From a bacterium (lineage in GTDB: Bacteria; Zixibacteria; MSB-5A5; GN15; FEB-12): DNA of 64,000 nucleotides. Location of the stretch: positions 10,650 through 74,649 of the forward strand of contig JAUWIB010000105.1 of NCBI GenBank assembly GCA_030605565.1, given 5' to 3'. How positions within the stretch are numbered: position 1 is the stretch's first letter; the number at the start of each line of letters is the position of its first letter. The position numbers were made by a program, and so were the translations under genes. Positions 1-9,507 of this stretch are shown here, in pieces. The notes beneath the pieces were generated by a model. The model worked only from the letters and a program-made list of their open reading frames with translations. It ran no database searches and was not told the origin of the DNA.

Positions 1-1033
1 GTATCTTTCATCGTACACCATACAGCCGGAGTTCCTGAGTTCACCGGGCGACCAGACGATCGGAGTCATCGCACATGAACTCGGACATGTCTTCGGGCTC
101 CCGGATTTATACGACACGGATTATTCGTCCAACGGTGTCGGCAAGTGGGGTTTGATGTCTTTCGGGAGTTGGCTGGGTCCACAGAATCGCGGCGGATCGC
201 CGGCTCATCTCTGCGCCTGGTGCAAAATGGAACTCGGTTGGCTGACACCTGTCGAGGTCACTGAAGATGCCGTTTCGCAGACGATTGAAAACGTCGAGCA
301 GAACAACACGGCGTTCAAGATGTGGACCTCCGGCAGTCCCGGCAATGAATACTTCCTGGTCGTGAACAGACAACGGATCGGGTTTGATTCATACCTGCCG
401 AATACAGGTTTGTTGATTTGGCATATCGATGAAAGCAAGAACAGCAATTCCAGTGAGTGGTATCCCGGTTTGGCGACGTCGTCCCACTACCTGGTAGCCC
501 TGGAGCAAGCCGACGGCTTGTACGAATTGGAACGCAAGAACGATCATGGCGATGCCGGCGATCCATTCCCCGGGACCTTTAGTAAGACCTCGTTCAACAG
601 CACAACCATCCCGAGCACGGACGCCTACTCCGGAACCGAGTCGCCGATCAGTGTGGAGAACATCAGTGTCATCGATGGTGTCGCATATGCTGATCTCATT
701 GCAGGGTACTCGAATGACGATTCCCCTGATGACGGCGATAATGAGCCACTGCCAGTGCGGGCAACCCTGGCCCAAAACTATCCCAATCCGTTCAATCCAA
801 CCACCACCATAAGTTTCTCGACCGCTGTCGCGGCCCATGCGGTAGTAGAAGTTTACAACAGCCTGGGCCAAAGAGTGGCTAAGGTTCTTGATAGCAAAGT
901 GCCGTCCGGTGTGACGTCGGTGGTATTCGACGGTACGACCGACAGCGGTCGACAATTGGCCTCAGGCGTTTATTACTATCGAATCAAGGTTGGTGATTTC
1001 GAGGAATCGAAGAAAATGGTTCTGGTACGCTGA
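1..1033 (+). CDS. M6-family (immune inhibitor A-like) zinc metalloprotease, 5'-truncated by the window edge, with a T9SS-type C-terminal sorting domain
   Basis: Frame 2 is open from nt 2. Nt 2-151 translate to ...[37 protein letters not shown] (HExxH plus the GLPDLYD signature of M6 peptidases) and run into the listed 152..1033 ORF. The last ~85 aa ([17 protein letters not shown]...[22 protein letters not shown]) fit the Por_Secre_tail / FlgD-Ig-like pattern. Confidence 0.85.
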   Translation, partial: YLSSYTIQPEFLSSPGDQTIGVIAHELGHVFGLPDLYDTDYSSNGVGKWGLMSFGSWLGPQNRGGSPAHLCAWCKMELGWLTPVEVTEDAVSQTIENVEQNNTAFKMWTSGSPGNEYFLVVNRQRIGFDSYLPNTGLLIWHIDESKNSNSSEWYPGLATSSHYLVALEQADGLYELERKNDHGDAGDPFPGTFSKTSFNSTTIPSTDAYSGTESPISVENISVIDGVAYADLIAGYSNDDSPDDGDNEPLPVRATLAQNYPNPFNPTTTISFSTAVAAHAVVEVYNSLGQRVAKVLDSKVPSGVTSVVFDGTTDSGRQLASGVYYYRIKVGDFEESKKMVLVR

Positions 1034-1083
1034 AAATTAGACAAAACCATACACAGACTTCTCCTCCGCGCATAGCCCAAAAG

Positions 1084-1113
1084 AAAAACCTCGGTCATCT
1101 GACCGAGGTTTTT
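1084..1113. terminator. Bidirectional rho-independent terminator between convergent genes
   Basis: AAAAA-CCTCGGTC-atct-GACCGAGG-TTTTT: a perfect 8-bp stem flanked by an A-run and a T-run. It sits between the stop at 1033 (+) and the stop at 1120 (-). Confidence 0.65.
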
Positions 1114-1119
1114 CGCAGA

Positions 1120-1335
1120 CTAATCAGACAAGCCAAGTTCCGGACGCTTCACTTCAAAGCGATGTCGATCTTCGCGTTGTGCCTTTTTGTACTGAGTGTG
1201 GCAGGTCTTACATCGCTTTGGGTCCTCAGTGTACCCGCGTTCGGCGAAGTATTCCTGCGCAGCAGAAGTAAATACGAATTCCTCGTGGCACTCACAACAG
1301 ATCAGGATTTTGTCATCGAATCCAGTCACAATCAT
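1120..1335 (-). CDS. Small zinc-ribbon domain protein (CxxC...CxxC)
   Basis: MIVTGFDDKILICCECHEEFVFTSAAQEYFAERGYTEDPKRCKTCH resembles the widespread bacterial zinc-ribbon family (C-x2-C ... F.F...EQ.FY...G...P.RC..C). The start is moved to the internal ATG at 1335, which has an AGAGGGGGA Shine-Dalgarno directly upstream. Confidence 0.7.
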   Translation of the reverse strand: MIVTGFDDKILICCECHEEFVFTSAAQEYFAERGYTEDPKRCKTCHTQYKKAQREDRHRFEVKRPELGLSD

Positions 1336-1481
1336 TCCCCCTCTCTTGTCGCGCCGACCAACTTCCATGTTGCTCGTACCACACGACAGTCGAAGTATGT
1401 CATTAGATATTGTACATCTCAACAACGGTCAAGTAAAAAAACAGAAGTTTCTCGGATGAAATCGACTATTGCTGATGCTGA

Positions 1482-3533
1482 TCAGTACGGATTGCAGGGC
1501 GGTGGGTTGCCGCCTTCAAACATGTATTCGACCAATGCGACCAAATCGGAGATGTCGATCCCCCCATCACAGAGGAAATCACCGGCCGCCAACACAGGGA
1601 CCGGCGGGGGACCATCGATGAAAGCGTAGTCTACAAAGTACACAAGATCAGAGATGTCGATGCCGCCACTGAAGTCGAGGTCACCGGTTTGCAGGACAGT
1701 CGTCGAGATGATCGATTGCGTATCCACAACTGATGGATCACCCCATGATTCAACGGAGAAAAACAGGGTGGCGGTATCCCCGAGAGGCGTACCCTGCGGT
1801 GGGTGCACGTCAATAATGAAGACGGTATCCAACCCCGGTCCCATAGCTTTGTCAATCGTGTCAAGGGGGAGCCAGCCTTGTTCATCCCAGACAATAATGC
1901 TGACCACGTCACTCAGCGGCGCCAGGTTCTGCACCCGGTAGTTGTGCCCTCGAACGCCACCCGAATAGATGACACTGTCGGTGGATAACAGTTGCGAGGA
2001 CAATTCGTACGGCGGCTGGACCTCGGCCTGATAGGTGTAGGCCACACTGCTTGAATACTCCAGGATGTTGGAGCCCGCTACAGCTACACGATAGTAACTC
2101 TCAAACTGCGGAATCTCGATGCTACCCTGAAAATTGCCGGAACTGAGCACGATCTGCTCAAACTCATGTTCATTGTCAGCCGTCGATTTGATTATCCAGG
2201 CGGACCACTCACGCGCGTCGGAACCGTTGAAGTTGATAACCAGCGTGCCGGTATCAACCCCCGGAAAGAACTGAATGTAAGTGCATCCGTAACCGGCCGG
2301 ACTACCGGGGGAATCCTGAAACGGCACCGGATAACTTGAATGACTTCTGCCAACTGCCGCCAGCGGGTAGTTGGCGCCTTCCTCATGGTGCGATCCATCA
2401 TCGCGGATTGAGGTGCAGAAGTTCCATACCGTGAATTCGGCAAAGGCTGAGTCCGTTGTCCAACCGTAGCGACCGTACAAGCTATCCGTAAGCGCCTCAA
2501 AGGCTGTCGGTACGTATCTCGCCCCCTCCCAAGCGGCACGCATCAGCGAGGTGTCGAATTTCTGGGCCAGGTACAACTCCCAAATGAAACAGGAATAGTA
2601 ATGGTAGGAGTGTTCCATTAGTGATTTTTGGGGGAAGGGAAAGAACCCGTCGAGGTAATTGTGACAATCATTGGAGGTATCGAATACCATCTCCTCCATA
2701 AAGACGGCGTCGAGTTCCATATACCAGTTGTCTTCTCCTGCGTCATAGGCGTATTGGACGATATGGTGATACTCGTGGGCGATGGTTGCTTTGGCGGCGC
2801 CCCATTGCGAGCCCTCGGGGTCCTGGTTTGGTTCGAAACCGAGAAAATCGTTATTCAGGACAATATAGCCGTAGTAATCGTTCCACGGGGCCGGCCCCAT
2901 CCCCTCAGGCATCGCGTAGCCATAGGCAGACATTTCCTGGAAGTATACATCGAACTTCTCATCGCCGCCCAGAATCCCATCGGAGACCGGCAGCAGATAA
3001 CCCAGTTCGAGGTGCCGTGCACGGGTCGTGTCGCAGTAGGCAGCGCACTTCTCAATGAAATCAGGCAGTCCGTTGGAGTCGGCATCGTCCGGTGGCACAC
3101 CATTGGAGTCCGGTGAAATGTTGTAGTGCAGCTTGATGAAACCACTCGGCGTATCGTAGGTAGAGTCGGTGTCGAATCGTCCCAGCGCTGCCTGAAAGGC
3201 CTGCTGAGTTGAGGCTGACAGGAGTTGCCACTCGGCCATAATGTCTCTCAACACGGGAGTAACGCACCGAGTGGCGCCACCGACCGGCGCCAGGCTGAAC
3301 TGGCGGTAGGATGCGGGCAACTCTCCCGGCGCCTTGATAGCCAGGATGACAAGAAGAACGCGGTCGTCCGGGGTAAGATCACCGCTCCGGTAGTCTTCCT
3401 CGATGGCGGCGATTGGATCAAAGCGCAGCACCGCGTGGTGCTCATCGGCAGCAGCGGTCGACATCATCAGGATGCCGGAGAACAATATGATCCACGCCCA
3501 ACGTTTCATTGCGCTGTAGTTAGCAGTCTCCAT
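1482..3533 (-). CDS. Secreted HExxH metalloprotease-like protein with a C-terminal dockerin-type double repeat
   Basis: 683-aa ORF with an N-terminal signal-like MKRWAWIILFSGILMMSTAAA (alternative start 3509) and the zinc motif ATIAHEYHHIVQYAYD. The C-terminus carries two calcium-loop/helix repeats, GDLDFSGGIDISDLVYFVDYAF and GDFLCDGGIDISDLVALVEYMF, typical of dockerin type I. Confidence 0.75.
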   Translation of the reverse strand: METANYSAMKRWAWIILFSGILMMSTAAADEHHAVLRFDPIAAIEEDYRSGDLTPDDRVLLVILAIKAPGELPASYRQFSLAPVGGATRCVTPVLRDIMAEWQLLSASTQQAFQAALGRFDTDSTYDTPSGFIKLHYNISPDSNGVPPDDADSNGLPDFIEKCAAYCDTTRARHLELGYLLPVSDGILGGDEKFDVYFQEMSAYGYAMPEGMGPAPWNDYYGYIVLNNDFLGFEPNQDPEGSQWGAAKATIAHEYHHIVQYAYDAGEDNWYMELDAVFMEEMVFDTSNDCHNYLDGFFPFPQKSLMEHSYHYYSCFIWELYLAQKFDTSLMRAAWEGARYVPTAFEALTDSLYGRYGWTTDSAFAEFTVWNFCTSIRDDGSHHEEGANYPLAAVGRSHSSYPVPFQDSPGSPAGYGCTYIQFFPGVDTGTLVINFNGSDAREWSAWIIKSTADNEHEFEQIVLSSGNFQGSIEIPQFESYYRVAVAGSNILEYSSSVAYTYQAEVQPPYELSSQLLSTDSVIYSGGVRGHNYRVQNLAPLSDVVSIIVWDEQGWLPLDTIDKAMGPGLDTVFIIDVHPPQGTPLGDTATLFFSVESWGDPSVVDTQSIISTTVLQTGDLDFSGGIDISDLVYFVDYAFIDGPPPVPVLAAGDFLCDGGIDISDLVALVEYMFEGGNPPPCNPY

Positions 3534-3753
3534 CTCCTTCTGTTCCTATCGGCCTGCTGCTGCGCATCTGAATCTCCCCGCGCACAGCTATCAATTCAGT
3601 TGCGTCATGAATGCAGACATCAACCTCGAAGTACACACCGATTTCGAGACTCTCCAATGTCAACTGGTCGACACGTCAGTCTCATAACAGCGATGCCGAG
3701 CGGAGTCCTGACCTTCGGTCCTTACGGCACCTCCAACCTCAATGTATTGAAAT

Positions 3754-5448
3754 TCAACGACTTGTCAAGGTCAAAACGTCGCGGGCGGCGCTGAAGTACT
3801 GTCCTGATGAGACCGAGAGTTGCCATCCGTTGTGTTCCGAGTAGGCGATGTCACAGCGAAAAAGCGAGTTGCGCGAAGATCGTTCAAAAGACACTCTCAG
3901 ACCGACACCGACACTGGCGTAAAAATCCCGCCAAGTAAGACTCTCCCCCGACTCATAGGTGCGTCCCAGGTCCACGAAAGCGACGCCGCCAAACAGCACA
4001 CTGAGTAGTTCGATATCCGGGAAGAATCGGCCTTCTGCGTTGACAACAGCCCGGCGATCACCGGTACGAAAATAGCGGCTGAAACCTCTCAGACCACCGT
4101 CACCGCCCAGGATAAGATGATCGGTGGGAGCGGCCCGCCAGTCGGCAAGGTAGTCTATTCTCAGGGCCAATGTCAGGTAATCAAGGGTCGGGTTATAGTA
4201 GTGAGCGGTCAAGCGAAACAGTCGACGCTGAGTTGCACCTCGATGAAACCAGATTCGTCCCGAACCAGTCACCGTGAGAAGGCCTCTCTTGAAAGACGAA
4301 CTCTGGGCCAAAAAGAGGCCAAGGGCATGATGGACCACGGAGTCCCGATTCATAGCGTGGGCCAGGTTGACGGATGCTGCCGATCCAAGTGTGAAGTCCT
4401 CGGTATAACCGAATCCATCAATACGCCGAAGTTCTATGAAGTCCAGGCTGGCGACGCCGACGGACAGACGCACCTCGTGATAGAGTGAATCAACGGGGAA
4501 ACTACGGTTAGCCAGTTCGATGTGGTCCGGATCGTCGGAAAGATAAGTGGTGTCATCAGTCGTCTCGCGACGGTACTTGTATTGGAGTTTGATCAGCGTT
4601 TTCTGTCGATAGGCGCCCTGGCGAAAAGCGCCACCCAGGCTGATGTGTTTGCCTGTGTAATCGGATTGAGCCACCAGAAATCCATCCTGATAAACATCGC
4701 GTCGGCCGCCAATGTCTCTGAACGATACTTCAAAACCAACTTTCTGCGAAAGATCATAGAAGGGGCGAGAGACGGCAACCATCGTGAAACGGAGGCGCGG
4801 GTCGTCCGAATAATCAGCTATGAATCTGACCGGCCAGCCGAACAGTCGGTTGTCCGCGAAAGTGATGCGGGCGTGGTCGGCTTCGGATGCTTCCACGAAG
4901 TAAGTGGCGCTGAGCATTTGGTTCAAGCCCAGGAAATTCCGTTCGGTGGCTCCTACCCAGTAGTTGATTTCGTTGGACTCGCGCCGGAAACTGGCGCCCC
5001 CAGAGAGACTCCACTGGTCGATAGTGACCACCCTGACAAGCAAATGACCGTTCGGCAGAGTGTCGGTTTGGATCCAGGCGTCGTAAATCGGCAGACGTCG
5101 CCGCAGGTTGCGCGCTGTCTCATCGGCCAGGTCCTGTGAAAAGGGAGCATCGACTTTCAGAAGCACCTCTCGTGCTACGATCTGTCGACGCGTTTTACGG
5201 TGGAATCGGTTGGCCAGTCGGAAGATGAAGTTATCATACCGGGGATCGGTGGTGTCATAGATGTTGCGATTATCGATCAGGATACTGTCTACGACCGGTC
5301 CGACACTACCAGACGGCGCCTTAGGTTCAGCTATTTGAGCGGTGGCAGGTCGTACCGATACCACGGCCACCGCTGCTGACAAGCCGACCAACAGGGCTGA
5401 CAGCAGGGTTGTCGATCTAATCCGTTGCAACATCCCGTCAATAAACAC
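3754..5448 (-). CDS. Omp85-family outer-membrane beta-barrel protein (BamA/TamA-like, single POTRA-like region)
   Basis: Long ORF with a signal peptide (MLQRIRSTTLLSALLVGLSAAVAVVSVRPATAQ) and a POTRA-like segment (VDSILIDNRNIYDT...VVTIDQWSLSGG). The alternating aromatic/Gly-rich C-terminal barrel ends ...FRCDIAYSEHNGWQLSVSSGQYF. Start chosen at GTG 5448 (GGAGG 8 nt upstream); the ORF track's first codon at 5463 is TTG. Confidence 0.65.
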   Translation of the reverse strand: MFIDGMLQRIRSTTLLSALLVGLSAAVAVVSVRPATAQIAEPKAPSGSVGPVVDSILIDNRNIYDTTDPRYDNFIFRLANRFHRKTRRQIVAREVLLKVDAPFSQDLADETARNLRRRLPIYDAWIQTDTLPNGHLLVRVVTIDQWSLSGGASFRRESNEINYWVGATERNFLGLNQMLSATYFVEASEADHARITFADNRLFGWPVRFIADYSDDPRLRFTMVAVSRPFYDLSQKVGFEVSFRDIGGRRDVYQDGFLVAQSDYTGKHISLGGAFRQGAYRQKTLIKLQYKYRRETTDDTTYLSDDPDHIELANRSFPVDSLYHEVRLSVGVASLDFIELRRIDGFGYTEDFTLGSAASVNLAHAMNRDSVVHHALGLFLAQSSSFKRGLLTVTGSGRIWFHRGATQRRLFRLTAHYYNPTLDYLTLALRIDYLADWRAAPTDHLILGGDGGLRGFSRYFRTGDRRAVVNAEGRFFPDIELLSVLFGGVAFVDLGRTYESGESLTWRDFYASVGVGLRVSFERSSRNSLFRCDIAYSEHNGWQLSVSSGQYFSAARDVLTLTSR

Positions 5449-5575
5449 CGTTGCCGCCTCCAATCAACAAGAGAGTCGACTTGGGTGAAAACAGGCTGGT
5501 CCTGCACCTTTAGAGAAAACTGTCCTCGTCCGATAATTTAATGAATATAACTTTTTGATAATTTGACAGGTACCG

Positions 5576-7306
5576 GTGAAGAAGAAAATCGGCGATCTCC
5601 TCGTTGAAAGAGGTTTCATTACCCAGCAACAACTGGAAGAAGGTCTCAAAGAGCAGGCCATCTCGGGACGTCGTCTGGGCGAGGTGCTGGTAGAAAAAGA
5701 GTACATCTCCGAAGACCAACTGTTGGAGACGATCTCGGATCGACTCGGCGTACCACGGATTTCGCTTGACCAGATGGTGCTTGATCCCCAGGTCGTGCAA
5801 AAGGTCTCAGTGGAACTGGCGCGACGTTACACTCTGATTCCGATTTTTGAGATCGGCAACACTCTCACTCTCGCCATGGCCGATCCACTTAACATCATCG
5901 CCATCGATGAGATCAAGTACCTCACCGGCGCCAACATTAAACGAGCCGTAGCGTTGTCGTCGGAGATACGAACGGCCATCGACGAACACTATTCAGTCGC
6001 CGATTCGCTGATGCACATTATCGGCGCTTCCACTGAGACCGAGGTCGGCGCTACCGAAGCGACCGATGCCGAGTCCGACGAATCGGAAACACCGGTGGTG
6101 AAATTGGTCAACCTGATTTTGACCAAAGCGGTCAAAGATAGGGCCACCGACATTCACATAGAGCCGGAAGAATCCCGGCTGCGCGTGCGCTACCGTATCG
6201 ACGGAGTGATGCGTGAGGAGGCCATGCCGCCCAAGTCGATGCAATCCGAGTTGATCTCGCGTATAAAAATAGCTTCCAATCTCGATGTCTCCGAGAAGAG
6301 ACTACCGCAGGACGGTCGCTTCATGACCAGCGTCGACGGAAACACCATTGACTTGCGTGTCTCCACGCTGCCGACGATCCACGGTGAGAAGATCGTTATC
6401 AGGCTACTCGATCGACGCAATCTGCTCCACAGTTTTGAACAACTCGGTTTCACGCCCGATGTTGAGCGACAGTGGAAAGATGTGGTGGCTTTACCGGAGG
6501 GTCTGGTCCTGATTACCGGTCCGACCTCCAGCGGGAAAACCTCGACACTCTATGCCACTCTCCAGGAAGTGAACACGGTCGAGAAGAATATCATCACGGT
6601 TGAAGACCCGGTGGAGTATTCGTTGCCGATGATCATTCAAATCCAAATCAACGAAAAAGCCGGTCTCACCTTTCCGTCCACGTTACGCGCCATGTTGCGG
6701 CAGAATCCGGATATCATAATGATCGGTGAGGTTCGCGACGGTGAAACGGCGCGCATGGCGGTGCGCTCCGCCCTCACGGGGCATCTTGTTTTTTCGACTG
6801 TCCATACCAACGATGCACCATCGGCGATCTCCCGACTCGCCGACATGGGCATAGAAAAATACCTGCTGGCGTCAGCGCTCAAAGGTGTGCTGGCTCAGCG
6901 TCTGGTGCGGCTTAACTGCACCGAGTGCGCCGTGGATTATCAGCCGTCAGATACCGTACTGGCTCGCGCTGGTCTGACGGAACTGGCTGAGGCTATCACT
7001 TTCAAACGCGGTGAGGGCTGTCCCCAGTGCAAGAACACCGGCCAGAAAGGTCTTACCGGAATTTATGAGTATGTAGAAATCACGCCGCGTATCTCCGAGA
7101 TGATCATGAACGACGCTTCTCTTAATCAAATCAAAGACGAAGCACGTCGAAACGGTTATGCGCCCCTTTTTGAAACGGGTCTGGAAAAGGTCACGGCCGG
7201 TAAGATCTGTTTGGAAGAATTGATCAAACAAACATCCAACATTGAAGACTGGCACGAGGTGACTGAACCGGGCCGGGTGACAACAGTTCATGCCGATACA
7301 GTATAA
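5576..7306 (+). CDS. pilB: Type IV pilus / T2SS assembly ATPase (GspE/PilB family) with an N-terminal MshEN/T2SSE_N domain
   Basis: Walker A GPTSSGKTSTLYA, Asp/His boxes and a tetracysteine motif (CTEC...CPQC), all typical of PilB/GspE. GTG start. The N-terminus KIGDLLVERGFITQQQLEEGLKEQ fits the MshEN motif. Confidence 0.9.
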   Translation: MKKKIGDLLVERGFITQQQLEEGLKEQAISGRRLGEVLVEKEYISEDQLLETISDRLGVPRISLDQMVLDPQVVQKVSVELARRYTLIPIFEIGNTLTLAMADPLNIIAIDEIKYLTGANIKRAVALSSEIRTAIDEHYSVADSLMHIIGASTETEVGATEATDAESDESETPVVKLVNLILTKAVKDRATDIHIEPEESRLRVRYRIDGVMREEAMPPKSMQSELISRIKIASNLDVSEKRLPQDGRFMTSVDGNTIDLRVSTLPTIHGEKIVIRLLDRRNLLHSFEQLGFTPDVERQWKDVVALPEGLVLITGPTSSGKTSTLYATLQEVNTVEKNIITVEDPVEYSLPMIIQIQINEKAGLTFPSTLRAMLRQNPDIIMIGEVRDGETARMAVRSALTGHLVFSTVHTNDAPSAISRLADMGIEKYLLASALKGVLAQRLVRLNCTECAVDYQPSDTVLARAGLTELAEAITFKRGEGCPQCKNTGQKGLTGIYEYVEITPRISEMIMNDASLNQIKDEARRNGYAPLFETGLEKVTAGKICLEELIKQTSNIEDWHEVTEPGRVTTVHADTV

Positions 7307-8504
7307 GTTTCAGGCCATCTCCGATGACGGCCGCACCGAAGACGGTGTCCTCACCGCCGAAAGCACCCAGCAGGTCCTGAACCACCTGGCCGAACAGCAT
7401 TTGATTCCGATTTCAGTTAAGGCGGTCAAGGCTACGGCGCCGTTTTCATTCTGGGGCTTCTTTGGTGGCGTTCAGTATGCAGACCTCATAATGTTCACCA
7501 ACAACCTCTGCACGTTATACAAAGCCGGTATCCCACTACTGAGAGCGTTGTCCATTATCAAGGTCGGGGGCTCCGGAAGTCGGTTCAACTACGCCATCTC
7601 ACAAATCCGGCTCAGCCTGCAATCGGGCCGGCAGCTATCCGTCGCCATGTCCGAGTTCGATGACCTTTTCCCCCGGTTCTACATCGCCAGTGTTGCCGCC
7701 GGCGAGGAATCCGGTAAGCTTGATGAAATCCTCGAAGAGTTAGCCGACATGCTTGAGCGTGAATTAGAATTGACCCGCCAGATTAAATCCGGAATTCGCT
7801 ACCCGACGATGGTGGTGCTGGCCCTGATCGCGGCCTTTATCATCATGATGACTTATGTGGTGCCGAAGTTCGTCGAATTCTTCAGCGCTTTCAACGCCGA
7901 ACTGCCGATCGCCACCCGGATGCTGATCGGCACGAGTAATTTCCTCGCGGAGTACTGGCCGGTCCTGGTGGGCTTGGTTATCGTTGGGGTTTTCACCTTC
8001 CGTATGCTATCCAAGCATGAGAAATCCCGCTTTGCCATCGACGGCGCCTTTTTGAAGCTGCCGATAATCGGTGGTTTGATTATCAAGGGTAACGTAGCTC
8101 GATTCAGTCTGATGTTTCGCATTCTGATTCAGTCCGGCCTGCCAATTGTCAAGTCCCTGGACATTCTGACCGGTTCCGTGAAGAACAGCGTTATCGCTCA
8201 TGAGATCGTTCGACTCAAGGTTCTGTTTACCGAGGGCAAGGACAATCGCCTCACCGGCGAGGAGTTCGTCTGCTTCCCCGATCTGGCTTTGCAGATGATC
8301 TCAATCGGACTGGAGTCAGGCTCGTTGGAACGAATGCTTAACGAGGTCAGCCGCCATTACTCACAGGAGGTCCACTACACGTCGAGCCACTTGACCTCGA
8401 TCCTGGAGCCTATTCTGACGGTCGGCATGGGCGGGTTTGTGCTTATCTTGGCGCTATCAATCTTTCTGCCAATGTGGAATCTTATCAAGGTGTTCAACGG
8501 CTGA
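7290..8504 (+). CDS. pilC: Type IV pilus / T2SS platform protein (GspF/PilC family)
   Basis: 404 aa with two T2SSF-type repeats and three predicted TM segments. It overlaps the pilB stop by 17 nt, the canonical position after the ATPase. Confidence 0.9.
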   Translation: MPIQYKFQAISDDGRTEDGVLTAESTQQVLNHLAEQHLIPISVKAVKATAPFSFWGFFGGVQYADLIMFTNNLCTLYKAGIPLLRALSIIKVGGSGSRFNYAISQIRLSLQSGRQLSVAMSEFDDLFPRFYIASVAAGEESGKLDEILEELADMLERELELTRQIKSGIRYPTMVVLALIAAFIIMMTYVVPKFVEFFSAFNAELPIATRMLIGTSNFLAEYWPVLVGLVIVGVFTFRMLSKHEKSRFAIDGAFLKLPIIGGLIIKGNVARFSLMFRILIQSGLPIVKSLDILTGSVKNSVIAHEIVRLKVLFTEGKDNRLTGEEFVCFPDLALQMISIGLESGSLERMLNEVSRHYSQEVHYTSSHLTSILEPILTVGMGGFVLILALSIFLPMWNLIKVFNG

Positions 8505-8587
8505 GCAAGACTAAAGCAATCATTCTGAGAGGTCGATAAACCAATTGTAAGTCTCTGTTGCCCTGAAATCTCCCGTAAGGAGGAACT

Positions 8588-9013
8588 ATGCGCACTCGTC
8601 TTAACCAAAGCGGTTTTACGCTGATCGAGTTAGTTATTATCATCATCATTTTGGGAATCCTTGCCGCCGTGGCGATTCCGAAATATCAGGATCTCTCGTC
8701 AGAGGCCAAAGAAGCGGCCAGCCGCAGTGCCCTTGGCGCCATGCGCTCCGGAGTGATTATCTACTACGCCAACCAAGCCGTGCAAACCGGCACTGCCACC
8801 TGGCCAGCACTGGACAGTCTGAGAACGGTGGGCGTTGTGATGGAACAGGCTATCCCCAAGAACCCCTACCAGCTTAATGCCAACGCTTCGGATTCAATCG
8901 TAACCGGCGTCACCAAGGGCACTATTGTAGGCGCCCGTGGTGGTTGGGCCTATAAGGCGAGCTCTGGAGAGATCTGGCTCAACACCAGCGGGTCCGGGGA
9001 AAACGACTGGTAA
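8588..9013 (+). CDS. Type IV pilin / pseudopilin (prepilin-type N-terminal cleavage/methylation domain)
   Basis: MRTRLNQSG|FTLIELVIIIIILGILAAVAIPKYQD is the class III signal. A strong SD (TAAGGAGGAACT) precedes the ATG. Confidence 0.85.
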   Translation: MRTRLNQSGFTLIELVIIIIILGILAAVAIPKYQDLSSEAKEAASRSALGAMRSGVIIYYANQAVQTGTATWPALDSLRTVGVVMEQAIPKNPYQLNANASDSIVTGVTKGTIVGARGGWAYKASSGEIWLNTSGSGENDW

Positions 9014-9018
9014 GAGAT

Positions 9019-9501
9019 TTGCCCATCAGTACTGTGCAGCACAATTCAACAAAGTCTTGCCACAGGCTCGATCAGCGAGGTTTTACCCTGATCGAGCTTG
9101 TTATTATCATCGTAGTACTGGGCATTCTGGCCGCGGTGGCTATACCGAAATTCGCCGACATGATGGACAGTTCCAAGACCGCCGCTAGCAGAAAAGAGCT
9201 ACAGTCGCTACGTGAAGCGATTGTCGGTAACCCGCAGGTGGTATCCTCCGGGGTCGTCATAGATCGCGGTTTTCTGGGGGATGTTGGGTTTGTGCCGTCA
9301 CAGTTGTCCGACCTTGTTGTCAAGCCTGGTTCCGTGTCGGTTTATGACAAACTGACCCGTCTCGGGTGGAACGGCCCCTATATCGATGGTGACGGCAACG
9401 ACTACCAGCTTGATGCCTGGGGCGTGGCGTACTCCTATGACCCCGCCGGGCAGCGTATTGTCTCGGTGGGAGGGCCCGACAGCATTCAAATCACTTTCTA
9501 A
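9019..9501 (+). CDS. Second prepilin-type pilin/pseudopilin paralog
   Basis: It contains ...QRG|FTLIELVIIIVVLGILAAVAIPKFADM. The listed start is TTG at 9019. GTG 9034 would give a shorter leader, so the true start is uncertain. Confidence 0.75.
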   Translation: MPISTVQHNSTKSCHRLDQRGFTLIELVIIIVVLGILAAVAIPKFADMMDSSKTAASRKELQSLREAIVGNPQVVSSGVVIDRGFLGDVGFVPSQLSDLVVKPGSVSVYDKLTRLGWNGPYIDGDGNDYQLDAWGVAYSYDPAGQRIVSVGGPDSIQITF

Positions 9502-9507
9502 CCGGGT

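Noticed and set aside
3741-3768. TTGACA-N16-TACATT promoter-like hexamers (minus strand) inside the 3' end of the Omp85-family ORF.
   Set aside because: The match is good but lies more than 200 nt upstream of the next start codon and within coding sequence. It cannot be distinguished from chance without TSS data.
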